Below are positions 47,664 through 61,630 of a DNA stretch of 64,000 nt, in pieces; the stretch's first letter is position 1, and the number at the start of each line of letters is the position of its first letter. Made by a program: the position numbers and the translations under genes. Where the stretch lies: positions 1,860,001 through 1,924,000 of the forward strand of contig JBHGNT010000007.1 in the NCBI GenBank assembly GCA_043228905.1. The letters are read 5' to 3'. The notes below the pieces were generated by a model. That model was not told the DNA's origin. It saw only the letters and a list, made by a program, of their open reading frames with translations, and searched no databases. Source of the stretch: Azolla caroliniana. Its lineage: Eukaryota > Plantae > Polypodiophyta.

Positions 47664-50600
47664 ATGGCCATGTCTCCCGCAATGCTCCTCGGTTCCCTCT
47701 CTCCTTCCATTTCTTCTTCTTCTTCTTCTTCTTCTTCCTCCTCCTTTTCTTCTTCTCACCCATGGGAGCTTCACCATCCCGTCGGAAGCTCCTGCTCCTG
47801 CTCCTGCTCCGTTTCTCCTCCCAGAAGGCGCCGTTTCTGCAGCACCGATCCTTCTCCTTCTTCTCCTTACCCGTTGCAGCCTCTCCATCGCGCCAGAAGC
47901 TCCTCCTGCTCCAATTCTCATCGTAACCTGCACCATTTCTTGAATCTCCACTCTGCGTCTTCTTCTATTTGCTTCGGTGATCCTTCAATAAAGCTTCACG
48001 CTTGCTCTGGGATAACTTCGGGCGCCATTTTGAAGAAGAAACCGAACCGTTTCTGTATTACTCGTGCTGAGCTGCACTCAGAAGAAGGAAGAGGAAGACC
48101 CGGAGAAAATGGTGTGACTGGTGTTGAATTTCTTCAAGAATTCATCCAGCTTAACGTTGGATCATGGACAGGTGCTTTTACGGTGAATTTTCTTTCATTC
48201 TCCTCTCTCTCTCCGTCTGTCTTCTTATACAGATCTATTGTTTTCCTGTAACGCTGTGGTGACTTCTCTCTCTTGTTTTGATACTATCGTTTCTTCTTAA
48301 TTGTAACCTCATTATTGCCACTTATCGTCTTTTATGCAGAAAGTCGATTCTCCAGGAAACATACTTTTTGTTTGTTTTTAATATAATGTATGATCATGGA
48401 CAGGTGCTTTTACGGTGAATTTTCTTTCATTCTCCTCTCTCTCTCCGTCTGTCTTCTTATACAGATCTATTGTTTTCCTGTAATGCTGTGGTGACTTCTC
48501 TCTCTTGTTTTGATACTATCGTTTCTTCTTAAGTGTAACCTCATTATTGCCACTTATCGTCTTTTATGCAGAAAGTCGATTCTCCAGGAAACATACTTTT
48601 TGTTTGTTTTTAATATAATGTATGATCATCATTTTGTAAACATCTCTTTGCGACAATGTGATACACTTTTCTTCTTGTTTTAAACAATTGCATCAGCATC
48701 CTTTGTTAGAGTCTTCTTTGTTGAAATATTCTTCCAAAGGAGATATATTTTACTGCTTGTTCTACTCTTTTGCATAATCGATGTTCTCTATCATTCTTAT
48801 TAGTGCCATATATGTCTAAAGGAAACAGTTTGTTTTGATTTCTTACATCATCATTTATCATCATTTCATGCACATCAATATGAATCTCATGGACATACTT
48901 ATTTTCTTCACTTATATTTTTCTTTGTAGAAATATGATTCTAAAGAAACTTGTTTGTGTTAATCTGGTTTTCTTCACATGAAATGATTTTCAAGGAAATA
49001 TTTTTGCTTGCATTGTCATCATGCTTATTGCTGTCTTTGTAGAAATAAGATGCCAAAGGAAACACTTCGTTTTAATCTCACAGTGATATGGTTCCCTAGA
49101 ACATAATTGTATCGCTTGTATCATCATCGTTCTTATGGTCGTTCTCTTTGCAGAAGTATGAATGATTCCTAACAACCGTTTTTAGTTTTTTTTAAAACTC
49201 TTCCATTATTGTTCTCTATTGTTTTGTTTGCAGCAATATGATTCTCAGGGAAATACGCTCCAGCATATCCCCACTCGGCTTTTGGCATATTCATATGGTA
49301 AAGGCGATCAAGTGAGTCTTTATCAAACGTTAGTTCTCTTTGCTCTCGCTAAAAGCTCAGAATTTCACGTTAACGAAATGTAGAGTGTAAATAAACTACT
49401 AATATGGTAGTGAAGGTCATTTAGGTTAATTATGAAGCACACTGGCAAGAGAAAGGTCGTCTTAATGGTAATCTGATCTTTGTGAAATGTTAGTACGTCT
49501 TGCCCTTGCTCAAAGACCATTGATCTTTGTTCTTGTTTGTCAAACATTAGTTTCCTTTGTTTTTTCATCCAAGAAAACAAGAATGCTGGGCTAACGATTT
49601 CAAGCACAGTGGCAAGAAATTACAGTTTTATAGATACAATCTTTATCAAACTCTAGCTTTGTTGCACTTTAGCTCAACAAGTAAAATGATTAGATCAACA
49701 ATGAAATATACAGTTATCATTTCCAGTGGCCAGTTATAGTGTTGATTGCCTGTTCATCTGCTCACTACAAGTAAAATCAGAAGAAAAAGGAATTTAAGGT
49801 TTGACAATGAAGCGCATTATGGCAATAAATTCTAGTTTTATGGTAATGTTGAAGATCTGCATCACCTGATCTCTCCAAGCATAAATTCTGGCAATTTTTA
49901 ACATATCCATTCTCTTGAATGTTCCTGTAAACGGGATTTATTTCCATGTCAATAGAAAAGGAAATTAGAAATGTGTGCACTGACTTGTATTCTAGGGAAT
50001 ATGCTAGAGGTTTTAATCCTTTTGAAGGAATGAGTCTATACAAGCTGGATTATGCAGGTCATTATGGCTCAAACTTTGGTTTTATAAATTATATTTGTCA
50101 CCAGAAGGTGTTGTTTTATTTTTATGTTCTTTCATGACATTAATTAATAATTAATTTAATTTATAGCTGCGTGGCCAGTGTGAAATAGCTGAGGTTCAAT
50201 GGTTTCTAGACGGGAACCATGGCAGGCAAGTCCCTGAGATTGGCATGTGGTCGACCCAGTTAGCATTGGGTTCTGATGTGTGTAGTCATCTAGTTGTAAT
50301 GTTGTGCCTTATAAAAGCACTTTAAGTTATGCCCTAGATAAAGTCACTTAAAAGTTATACATGAGCGGGCTAAGTATTTTCTGAAATGGTAACACTTGGC
50401 ACCATGACAAAGACTTTTGCCTTATTCAAACTAATCTCTCTAACTCATAGGGTCAATTTAAGAATACTACAGAAATCTATGTATGGGTTTTTGTTGCTGA
50501 AATAGGCCTAAAATCCTGGGTGTGTTATGAGTGTTCAGTCCTTGGTTAATGAATATGATTATTTGTGGTGACTTGGAAATTTAGAAAGAATCAACATGAA

Positions 50601-53388
50601 TGTTGAAACCTACACATTCAGAATATTCTCACATATTTCAAAATGATTCAACAGTTGGTTCGAGAGTTTGCTAGGTAAATCATTTACCTCCCAGGACTTT
50701 GCAAACCTTCTGGATCTACAGTAGTCACTGTACACTAATCAAGCGTGAATATTCTAGCATTGTGAAGTGTATAGACTTTTTAGATGTTACAGTGAGAAAT
50801 GTGTAATTGTGATATTTTTATTAATGTCATTTTCTGTCCCAGGCTAAACATCAAACAACCTCCATCAAAAACCTTTGTTTCTGGTGAGGACAATGAGGTT
50901 GATTGGGCAGAATTCAAACTAGACGAGACAAATTATTTAACAATAGACAAACAACAGGTGATGTTTCTGAAGTATTTTGGGTTACTTTGTGTAACATTTG
51001 GCTATTGATCTTTGAAGTATTCTTTTAGGTTGGATATTTCCCAAAGAATGGTGCTTACGCAGTCTCACATCGAACAGCAGAAATGCTTGATAAAATAATA
51101 AGAGCTGGTGTTCTTGGGGATGATGGAGATGAGTTGGATGAACTTCCAGAGTAAGTTAAAGCTTTATGGACAAAATACATCAGCCGCAAGTTGGTTGCTT
51201 CCCAGTAATTCTTTCAATAAGAATTCCATGCATATCTAGGATTCACTCAAAGTTCACGCTCCACAATTTTATGAGATAAAATACATCAGCTGTTGGTTTC
51301 TTTATTTTCTTTATTTTCTTTATTTTCTTTATTTCTTCCAAGAAAACAGCAATGCTTAAGAAAGCAATTATCCAAGTGGTCTTACCTTATCTAATAAAGA
51401 TGATTCTAGAATACTCTGTCTTGCATGAAAAATACAATCTTTTTTAATTCTAATCGAGGGATGCTTTCTTAATCTTAAGAAGGCAATGGCAATGGCTCAA
51501 TTATTTGTCTGTGTTGGGACAGTGGTGTACAACTTCCTTCCCGCCGTCCTGCTCTTGTATGTGAGAGTTGCCTTTATTCAAAGGATGAGATGAATCGTCT
51601 ACGTGCTTTCCACGTTTTAGATCCTCGTGGACTTCTTGATTTTATAGGAGTTTTTGAGGAGAGAAAAGATAATGTTGAGTCAATCTCATACGATGAAGAC
51701 ATTATTCAGGTATTCTCTTACTTCTTGACACGAAATTGTTTTGTCATTTCCAATGATGATATATATAATAAGACAAAGAAAACAAAAGATAGTTCCTTAG
51801 AATAGGAATCCTACTTTTAGCTCTATGGTTTTGACTGTTTGTTCGTCCAAATGGTTGGCAAGCTTGTCAATCATTTTTGAAAAGGTTGGTATATCTTGTG
51901 TTCTTAACATGTGTTCTAATCTGCTGTGCCACTATCTGGTATTGATTGATCTATCTCCAGCATATTTCTTAACATTTGTATTACCAAATGCAACTGTTGA
52001 ACTATCCCAATGCTATTACTAAATTGATGAGTGATCACACATACAGAGATAGATAGATTTTATTATCATCATTGGAGGTCAAATATGATCAATGAGACAA
52101 AAACATATGTTTTTCATGCAACACATATGAAAGTAAGTAGTGATCCTCGATGTTCCAAAACCTTACTAATAAATGTTGCAATTGATCATGCACACAATGA
52201 CTATGGGAGAAATTTGGGCAAGAAGTGATTTCGTTTGAAGATTGTGATCATAGGAAGAGTATTGTATCAGAGAGAGAGAGAGAGGAACAGACTGACATAC
52301 AGAGATAGAGAGAGATTTCTTACAGGATGAGTGTAGATTGGGTGCCTTGCTTGGTACTTGGTCTGGTCATTCAGTGACAAGAAGGTCAGGAGTTTATGGA
52401 TCAACATTAGTTGAAGAGGATACACTAGTTACGTTTACTCTGGAGGACAATGGAAACTTAATTCAGGTAATTTTTCAACTGTTTGATGTGTTTCTGATGC
52501 ATAATCCACAAAAAGAAATTACACAAACTAATTTGGTTAGAAAAGAAAAGATTGGAAGGTAGATATATCTGTTGTGTGAAATTGGGACTAATTCCAGATA
52601 TGTATCCTCGCACAAACCTAGAATGCCAAAACAAACGTCCCTTATACTGAACTTTGCCAACCCATTCCCCTAACTAGGCCAACAATAAAACTAGGGTTTC
52701 ACATCGAGCGAGCTGGGTTGCTCCTGAACAAAGATTTTGATACCAGGTTTGGCCCAAAAGACTGGTGCCCATGCCCTCTCAATACTTCTTTATTCACTGT
52801 TAATTGAAGATAATACAATAAGATAGAATTCACTAGAAACACATTTAGCAGCTTAACCATATTTCAGCACTAAAATCCATATATAAAGATTTCAAAGTAT
52901 TCTCTGCTCAGTGCACTAGCAAAAAGACTTATTCAGGCCCTCGCTTAAAGTGACTTCATATAAGGATCAACTATACTATTGGACGTGAACATCTCCATGC
53001 ACATCAGAATCCAATGCGAACTGGAAAGACCACATGCTGATCCTGCAGCCTGCTGACCGAGGATCCTTGGGACTACTATTTCATGATGGCCAAGGAGCAA
53101 GTAAAAATAAAAACAAAAATAGTTTTTATTTTAATGTCACAAAAGAGAAGGAAAAAAACCTCTCGCTGACATCTCTGGGGTTATGGCCATGTGAGACTTT
53201 CCTCTCTCCTTTTCATTTGAAACTCTCTCTTTTCAGGTGGCCATGCTTAATTTCTTCACCATGTTGATTCCATTGCGTTCTAATTTGTTACATATCTCCT
53301 CTCCTTATGGCCATACGAGATCTTTCTCTCTCCCTGTTCAGACGACTATGCTTCATTCTTTCACTTTGTTGATTTGATTGTCAGGTGG

Positions 53389-53419
<31 letters not shown>

Positions 53420-54568
53420 TCGGATTCATCTCTAAGTTTCATCCCAGAGCCTTTCTCCACTTGGTTGAGATTTGAATACACATGCAAAGAATTGGTTGAG
53501 AAATATATTCTCCATTGACCCTTAGTTTGCAAATGAAGTCACCATATGTGCCCCTTCGAATTCATTGGGCCTTTATCCCTTCCACAAGACCACAACATTA
53601 CATGTGGGAGCATACTTATGTCTACCAAAATCTTTACAAAATAATATCAACACATAAAATTAATAAGAATGCGACCTTAATTTCCATCAATATATAGAAT
53701 CTTTTCCATGAACCTATAAGTATTAACACACTCATAAAGTTTCTTTGATATGACCAGTGTTACTGTAGTATAATGGACAACTCGGCTGAAGAGTATCGAA
53801 ACAGGATTTTACCATCTAGGTCCAAACCACTGGTCACTGATGTGACCTCTTTTAAGTTTTGTGAGCCTATTATATTTTAATTCTGCAAGGTGTGACTTAA
53901 CTTGTCAGCTCCTTATATGATACATAGATTTTGGTTACTAACTCCATTCAGTTGACAATATCAATCACCTCAATAGATGGCCTCCATTGTGAACTCGCCT
54001 GTTTTTTTCTTAGCTATTTGTAAGGCATAGAGTAGGAAATCTGAAAGTTAAGCATTGATGGTGTAAAAAACGTTCCTTGTCAAAGTGTTTGGTAAGTCTA
54101 TTCATTAAAGTTTGTTTAGATGGCATTAGCAATGGTGCATGCAAACAAGATTAAACCAGATAAATGTGATCAGTTATGAATTTTCTAATTCTAATTGCAG
54201 AACCTTGAAAATCTTCAGGAAAACTCATTGTTGCTATAGAAACCAAAACTTGACTCTGCCGGGATCTTACCTCCCTCTGATATTAATTTCTGCAGAATAT
54301 AAAAACGCCCAAAGGGCGTTTACAGTTGGTTGGAACATCGTATGGAAACATAGTGAAGTTTGATAAAGGGTTGCAGATGACATTACTACCTAGAGGATTG
54401 GCCATGGCTTCACCAGTAAATGTAGGGCAGACTGTTAATCGTGCTCAAGCCTTCTACTTTGAATTTTCATGGGTTTACTCTCCTGGGAAGAGGCGGAGAT
54501 TGGTGCGTACTTATGATACTGATGGGATAGTAGTATCTTCAACCTTTGTTGATGAGGTTAAGTTATAA
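47664..54568 (+). CDS. BFA1: Chloroplast biogenesis factor required for ATP synthase 1 (DUF3598), 483 aa; exons 47664-48182, 49234-49328, 50843-50957, 51029-51150, 51523-51709, 52326-52466, 54296-54568
   Basis: Ser-rich transit-peptide-like N-terminus. LNVGSWTGAFTQYD, IKQPPS, LPSRRPALVCESCLYS, RAFHVLDPRG, GTWSGHSVTRRSGVYGST and RRRLVRTYD match Arabidopsis BFA1 as recalled. GT-AG exons sum to 1452 nt in frame. Confidence 0.9.
48160..48628. repeat. ~232-bp tandem duplication spanning the BFA1 exon 1 donor
   Basis: gatcatggacaggtgcttttacg|gtgaat... at 48160 and 48392, nearly identical. Confidence 0.95.
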
Positions 54569-56378
54569 ACACCATTCTTATTGTATCATTTTAATCTTTG
54601 TATCATTCTAGTTATATATCACTCATTGTCATGTACCATAGGATAAGTAGATTTGACTGTAGTAAGCGTCCTGCATTTTCCTTCTATGTTGTTTTAAGTT
54701 GGGCCCAGTTTTATTATTCCTCTATTTTTAGAGGCTGGTTTCCATCTCTTTTTAAAGTGTATTTAGTAAATTGTTGAACAGGTGCTTTACATGTTCAGTT
54801 TTGTGTATTGATACAACAATAAACTAACAGCTATACAGAAAAATGTATGACAAAGAAAAGTTGAAGCATATGGGAAAACAGATCATTTCCTGCGGACAGA
54901 ACATAGTTAAAGAGCATTTGCGATTGATAGTTTTGTGGAGGTAATCATTATGTGACATTCCATTTAACAAATGATAAAAACACCAAAATACCTCTAACGA
55001 CCTCAAAGCTCTATTACTTTAGATGGGTGCTGGATAAAATATGGAGACTCAGTCAATGCTCTGATAGTCGAGATTTTTCTTTTTCTTTTTCTTTTCCTCA
55101 TCCCTACATTTCTTCTTAGGCTATCCTGCATCTTTTGTTTTTATCCTTCTCATTTTGTTCTTCTCATTGCTACTTCCTCTTCTGCTGGCCTCTCTATGGA
55201 TGCTAAAAAATATCTACTCAAATCTAATCTCCTTACCTCCCTTCATTTTTGCATCTTCCACCATCTTCTCATGTGTTTTTTCTTCGCTGCTTCTCACTTT
55301 TCTCACTCTCCCTCCATCCTCCATAGTTTTGGAGGCATGGAAACTTAGGTAATACCTATATTTGTAGTTTTGTTTAGCTATGGTGCCATGGAAATTTGAA
55401 TCATGGATGGTTTCAGGAACTTAGTGGTCATTGGGTTTCTTGGATGTTGCAAGTCATTGCAACCTCACATTATTAGCATTGGTCTAGAGACCTGCATCAT
55501 TTTTTTCTGAAATCGCATCTCCATTATAAACATGTTCCCTCCCTCAATGATTTCCTTACATTAGCAGTCTGTATACCAGCAACATCACTATCCTTGCATT
55601 TACCTATTTACCTTCATTCTTTGAAAAATATGGCTAAAACTAGAAGACCAATGTTTTGAGTATTTACGGGTGGTGGTTTTGTAATTTTGTTGAATGTCAT
55701 ATGAAATTGCAGTTTTCCATCAAAGTATATTGAACATTTGGTGTTTTTCTGTAAACTTCTACTGCCACCAATTGAGGTGGAAGGTCACGAAGACTTAAGT
55801 TCAGTTCATTAAAAGGATTAGATTGGTGAGCACAAATGTGAATTCATAACTAAATCCAGAGTCAATAAAAGGAGTGAGAAACTCCTAAAAATAGCATGAA
55901 ATTGGCATATCGCCTAAAATGCAAGTTTTAAGCAAGAAGTGGAATTTTGGTTTAATTCTTCAACAATGCAAGTGTGGAAAAGTTGGTTTTCTCATAAAGA
56001 ATGGCAATTTAAGCAGCATGATAGCATGAGCTCTTAGAAAGAGCGTGATAGCATTGAAATACTAGATGTTCAAGAATGTAAGAGTGAAAATGATAGTGTT
56101 TTGCCCCTGAAAGATGGCAAGTTTGGAGCAATCAGTTTAATTGCCCTTACTGTTTTGATTACAAAAACTGTTCGTATCATTTTAGTTTCAGATCATCCAC
56201 ACTTGACAATTTGCTCGTTAAAAAATGGCTTTACAAATACACATTTTCCCAACAAATGAAGGGAGAAAAAAATTGGAGTTTCCTCCAGAAAAATTGGTTT
56301 ATGACATCCATATTGTCATTCTCTTCCAATGCATGGAGTAAAATTGAAATGATTGTTCTCCAAATGACATAGAATTGA

Positions 56379-59300
56379 TCATGTTGGAGGTAAGAAGTGA
56401 CCTACATCATCCTTATGTGGAGAAAACCTTGAGAGGAATGTTATGGCAATGGGAAAGAAAAGCCCAAAACATACAAGAACCTTAGATGGCCTCAATTGTT
56501 TATCAACTATGCGATGAGATATCGCTTTGGTCTTGTGAGAAATATAATATGGAAGATCACATGAAGATGCCAGAAATAAATTCTCATTCTCTAGTATTGG
56601 ACTCAATTCTTCGATTTCTATCCAACTGCATTCATCTGAGATATGAGAATTGCCGATGTATGGTTTATTGCTTCGTGATTGTTGGAACAATTCATTGTCA
56701 TAGCCTACAGCATCAAGTAGTTCCTCATTACATGTTATATGAATTGCTTCTAAGTTTATCTCCTCTTTTCTAATATGAGTGACTTCTGATAATCTCCTTT
56801 CTTGATCCCGAAGCTCTCTACTAATGTCAATGCAAGGTATTTGTGGCATGCTCCATCGCAATGCATGGATTAATTTGGATGATCTTCGATTGCATGTGGT
56901 ATTTTCCTCTGACATACTTATTACATGATCCTCTGCAATCGGATTGTCTATCACACTCCATTCTCCACTTGCTGTCTCTGCTTCTGATGTGTTCTCTTGT
57001 ACCGTTGTCAGATCGGTGTTCATCATCAATGAAACTTCTTCTTCCGACACGTCTTTGCTTCCTGAAGGGAGGCCAATTTTCTCATGATTCTCCTTAACAT
57101 CAGTGATTGCAGGGCCCTGCCATGGTTGTAATTTCTCAAATGATCAGAAAATTAGTCGAACAGGTTATTGGATCAAATGTTATAGTGGTCCACCATCATA
57201 TGGCATCAGATATATCATTTTGAATTGATGCAAACTTTATAATAGTCCTGACTGATTAGTGGAAAGGCAGGAGAATATACAGAGAATGTTACTACATTTT
57301 CAAAGACCCAAGTTTTGCTAGTGTTTCACCAGGATACTCTTGTATTCATTGTCCCTTGGCAAACCTACATTGGTGGAAATCCCGGAGGGCCCACACAAAT
57401 TGACATTAATTATAGGTGAGAGATAGCTTGCTGAGTGTAATGAGTTTCAATCATGGGGCATCCCTACTGCTATTAGCTTCCTGGGACCAAGCTCACTACA
57501 CTTAGATTATAGGTGTGATGTACTGCATGGAGGTAGTTATTCCACTCAGTTTTTAACAAAACTGAGTGGAATTCTCAACTCAGTAAACCAAATTGAACGG
57601 GAACATTTGTCTCGTCTTGGTTGAAATCCTAACACAAACAACAGGATCATGTGAGCATTGACATTGGGGATCAGAAACAACGACTGGAGAGGAACAAGAC
57701 AAATTTATGACATATTTGCTGCCTGGAAAATGACATAATCTATCTGAACATTTTCCATCTAAAATTGATCATATTTTGTCCCTTTCAATTATTTACCATG
57801 ATGTATACATGCACAAAGGCATTGACGTGGATGGCAATTCTCGATGAGATTGACACAAATTTATTCAAAAGATTGATGCATGGTGCAATGTCTAAAAAGA
57901 TATACACAGAAGTTTTTTTGAAAGATTCATGACCTTATTGTTCCAACTAAACCCATGTACTATCCATATTTCATGCATGTAAAATGAATCTACATATAGA
58001 ATCATCAATAAAATTGTCTCTTTTTGAAAACGTGCCATGAAGTCGGACGGAAGACACAGCGACCTTGATAGACTCACCCCAGCCATTTTCTTGGTATGAG
58101 AATCGGATTCAATAGAAATATCATCAACGAGTCATTATGGGACATAAATCCGTCCTAATTAGAGAGACAATCGCATACATCCTAACAAGGGATGATCCCA
58201 AGTGGGCCAATTGGGATCTTTTCATGTATGAAAATACCAAAAGAAAACCTATGATTTTGTTGGGTACATTAAATGGTGAATGCTTATGCATAGCACTGTG
58301 TGTGTGTGTGTGTGTTACATTACCTCATGGAGAGTGGTTGCATTAAGGTTGAAGTGGAAAAGAGTAGAATCCCCACACAAGAGTGATGTGCCCACTTTGT
58401 CATCATCATCAGCATCAACAGTCTTTGTATAATTCACAAGGGTGACATCTCCATCTTCATGACTCATAATACCACCACTACTACTAGCATTAGTAGTATG
58501 ATAGTTATGACTAGCACTGCTTGGTTTCATGCATGTTGGTTTCATGTGCGTAAGATGATCATCATGACTGGCATTGCTTGGCTTTATACATGGAGATATC
58601 GATGCATGATCACCATGACTAGTATTGCTTGGCTTCATACATGGAGACATTGATGCATGATCACCATGACTAGTATTGCTTGGCTTCATACATGGAGACA
58701 TTGATGCATGATCACCATGACTAGCAACGCTCGGCTTAATACATGGCAACATCAATGCATGATCACCATGAGTAGCATTGCTTGGCTTCATACCTGGAGA
58801 CATCAATGCATGATCACCATGACCCACATTGCTTGGCTTCATACATGGAGACGTCAATGCATGATTATTCTGACTAGCGTTGCTTGGCTTTATACATGGA
58901 GACATTAATGTATGATCACCCTGACCAGTATTGCTTAGCTTCATACATGGGGAGATGAGTGCATTCTTGTCATTGGCCATTACCTGATCGTCCTTCAAGT
59001 TTAGTATTAACCTTGGGCTGCACACCCTGCCATCATCATCATCTGCAGCAGCAGCATTGTAATGTGCTTCTGCTGATTGCCCTCTAACTGTATTGTTACT
59101 AACAACATTGTTCTGATCTGTCTGTGATCCGGATTTAGCTTCATTCATTGTGGATATGTCATTAGAACCACAACTATTTGACCCACCATATTGTCTGTAT
59201 TTCATCATTATTAATGGTTGTTGCTCCATATGTGTGCCTGTAGTGCTTATCTTATTATTATTACAAGGATTCTTTTCACATGTAGCAAGATCCTCATTGT

Positions 59301-61194
59301 GAGATCCCAACACTGTAATATCTCTTGCTCTTTTGTATGTTGTTGTCGTTGTGGCTGCCAATGCTGTAGCCATCAAACTCGATATATTTGAATCGGATGA
59401 GGATGGCTCATGGGAAATGGCATTTATAAACTTGGCCTCCAAATTATCTTTAATCCCAACAATCGGCTGCTTAATTTGGTCCCCGAACAGATGCCGCTCT
59501 AATTTGGTGGCTGAATTGAGAGGACACTCTCCCTCTGCCTCGGGCAGACTGGCACCTTCACTAATATGATGAACAACCTTACGTTGCCGACATTGGCTAG
59601 TAGTTGTATTACACAAAGATGGACGGCAAGGATTTATAACGTCCGCAATGTCATCGTGTTGTTGATGAATGTTATCCACCTCGCGGAAGTATGAGAGGAA
59701 GAATTCAGACTCGTTAATGCCGGGAACTTCATCCAAGCTAAGCTTGTTATCAGACATGACTGAGGGCTGTGTCAGTGCCACCAGAGGTTTCACACTAGAC
59801 TCCAGGCTTATATTGTGATCTTGCATCTTTCTCGGAGATGTAAGTGGCGAATTCAAGATTTGTGGCGTGGCCGCCGGATGAGTGTTAAGCACCTTGTGTG
59901 CTCGATTAAGCTTTAGTATCCGATTGTTGAGAGGAGGCAAGTCGGTGAACTTTGCATAATTGGGGAATTTACCCACCTCGATGATGCTAGAATTGCTGGC
60001 AGTTGCATGATAATTATGGCTTGAATGAGTGGCAACACTGGTGGTACCAATTAAACTGTGTTGTTCCTGAAGTGTTTGTAGGGTATGTATGGAGTGGATG
60101 ACAGCATTCCGAACCTGGGGTAACTTATCGTGGCGCCGGCACTTCTCTAGAGCTGCCAAAGAGGGGCGTAGATGATCCGATAGGAGGGCGTAATCGGAGG
60201 CTTTTATGAGCAAAACCTCCAGGAGGTGGATCGCAGCAACGCGCAGTTGCCACGCGGCAGAAGTGGCAGAGAACGGATGAGGCAAGAGAATGCCGATCGA
60301 AAGACGAATAAGGGGAGGGGCGAGTTTGGTTATGGCGGAAGGGTTTGTGGAGGCGAGGGAACGGAGGAGGAGGAGGTGGGAGATGGTTGTTTGGGTGGTG
60401 GGAGGAGAGGTTGCGGCCGCTAATGCCGCTTTGTAGCAAAGCTCTTCCACCAGAATGTTTGGCGCCCAACTGCGCCAGGTGGACGTATCAACTAGCGACC
60501 GGAGACAGGTGGCAGCACCGGAGGCTAGAGGAGGTATCTTGTTAGGGAGTAGGGAGAGAAGTGGCAAGCATATCTGCCGCAGCAAAGCTTCGGATTCGCA
60601 CTTGCCGGAAGCCATTCTTGTGGGCATGGTAGGATTCGGCGCGGTCTCAACACGCTGCCCATCAGACACTGTCATTGTCCCACATTGCAGGCCAGACGAA
60701 ACTTCTTGTAGCAAGACTCGGGGCAAATAATTGGTGTCTTTGGCCTCCCCCACCCCCGGAAGCACTGATGCCGCAAGCATGCACACGCATGCCGCACACG
60801 CGGGAAGAAGCGCGGGGCACCCTGTGCTCGCCAGCAAACCGTGCTGTACTAGCAAATGCATGAGCCTCGGGACGTGCGGGGCTAATGCTGGCCCTCGGAT
60901 CTTGGCCAAGATCTCCACAATCGCCACCACGTGATGCCTGCCTTCCCGAGATTCCTCGACCTGTTGGAGAAACTTGGCCACATTGTTGTTGGTTATGCTC
61001 GCATCGTATAAGTGTTCTTCCACGATGCACTTCAGAGATGCCAGTGCCGATCTCCTGGTCTCGCCATCTTTCCCAAGTTTAGTGAGTTCTTGCTTCACGA
61101 GAGGGCTCGGGTACCTTCTCCCCGTGACAAGATTGGTATGGGCTGGAATACTGCTGCTACAAGTATTGCTGGCCATCACCAATGATCCCACCAT
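56379..61194 (-). CDS. SINE1-like nuclear-envelope KASH protein (ARM-repeat N-terminus, TM and LPPT tail), ~1200 aa; exons 61194-58324 and 57116-56379
   Basis: N-terminal SPLVKQELTKLGKDGETRRSALASLK and LASGAATCLRSLVDTSTWR match the SINE1/TORTIFOLIA1 ARM domain as recalled. C-terminal hydrophobic segment followed by DDVGHFLPPT-stop fits a plant KASH. Phase-0 donor at 58324 and in-frame acceptor at 57116 (weak pyrimidine tract). Confidence 0.82.
58505..58955 (-). repeat. In-frame 51-bp (17-aa) coding tandem repeat, ~9 copies
   Basis: SPCMKPSNxSHGDHAxM units in the 959-aa ORF. Confidence 0.92.
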
Positions 61195-61231
61195 CTTAAC
61201 TTTCTTGATCTCCCTGGTGTGATATTTGATA

Positions 61232-61630
61232 TTATATGCTTGTCATTGTTCCCTCTACAAGACTGAATGATGCCCTAGATAAGAATGGCCATAATGTGGG
61301 TGATCTTGATATTCATATGCATAGATATTTAAATGCTTGCCATTGTTCCCTCTATAAGACTATGCATTTGCCCTAGATAAGAATGGTCATAATGTGGGCG
61401 ATCTTGACATTCATATGCATAGATATTTATATGCTTGCCATTGTTACATCTATAAGACTGTATGCATATGCCCTAGATAAGAATAGCCATAATGTGGGTG
61501 ATCTTGATATTCATATGCAATAGATAATATATGTTTGCAATTGTTCCCTTTATAAGACTGTATGCATATGCCCTAGATAAGAATGGTCATCATGATCATT
61601 CATATGCATAGATATATGTTTGCCATTGTT
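61232..61630. repeat. ~98-bp degenerate tandem repeat, ~4 copies, just upstream of the SINE-like ATG
   Basis: Recurring gccctagataagaatgg, aatgtgggtgatcttgatattcatatgcatagata and cattgttccctctataagact. Confidence 0.88.

Noticed and set aside
58078-58155. Extra middle exon of the SINE-like gene
   Set aside because: The candidate gtgagt donor gives an incompatible phase, while the direct 58324->57116 join is in frame.
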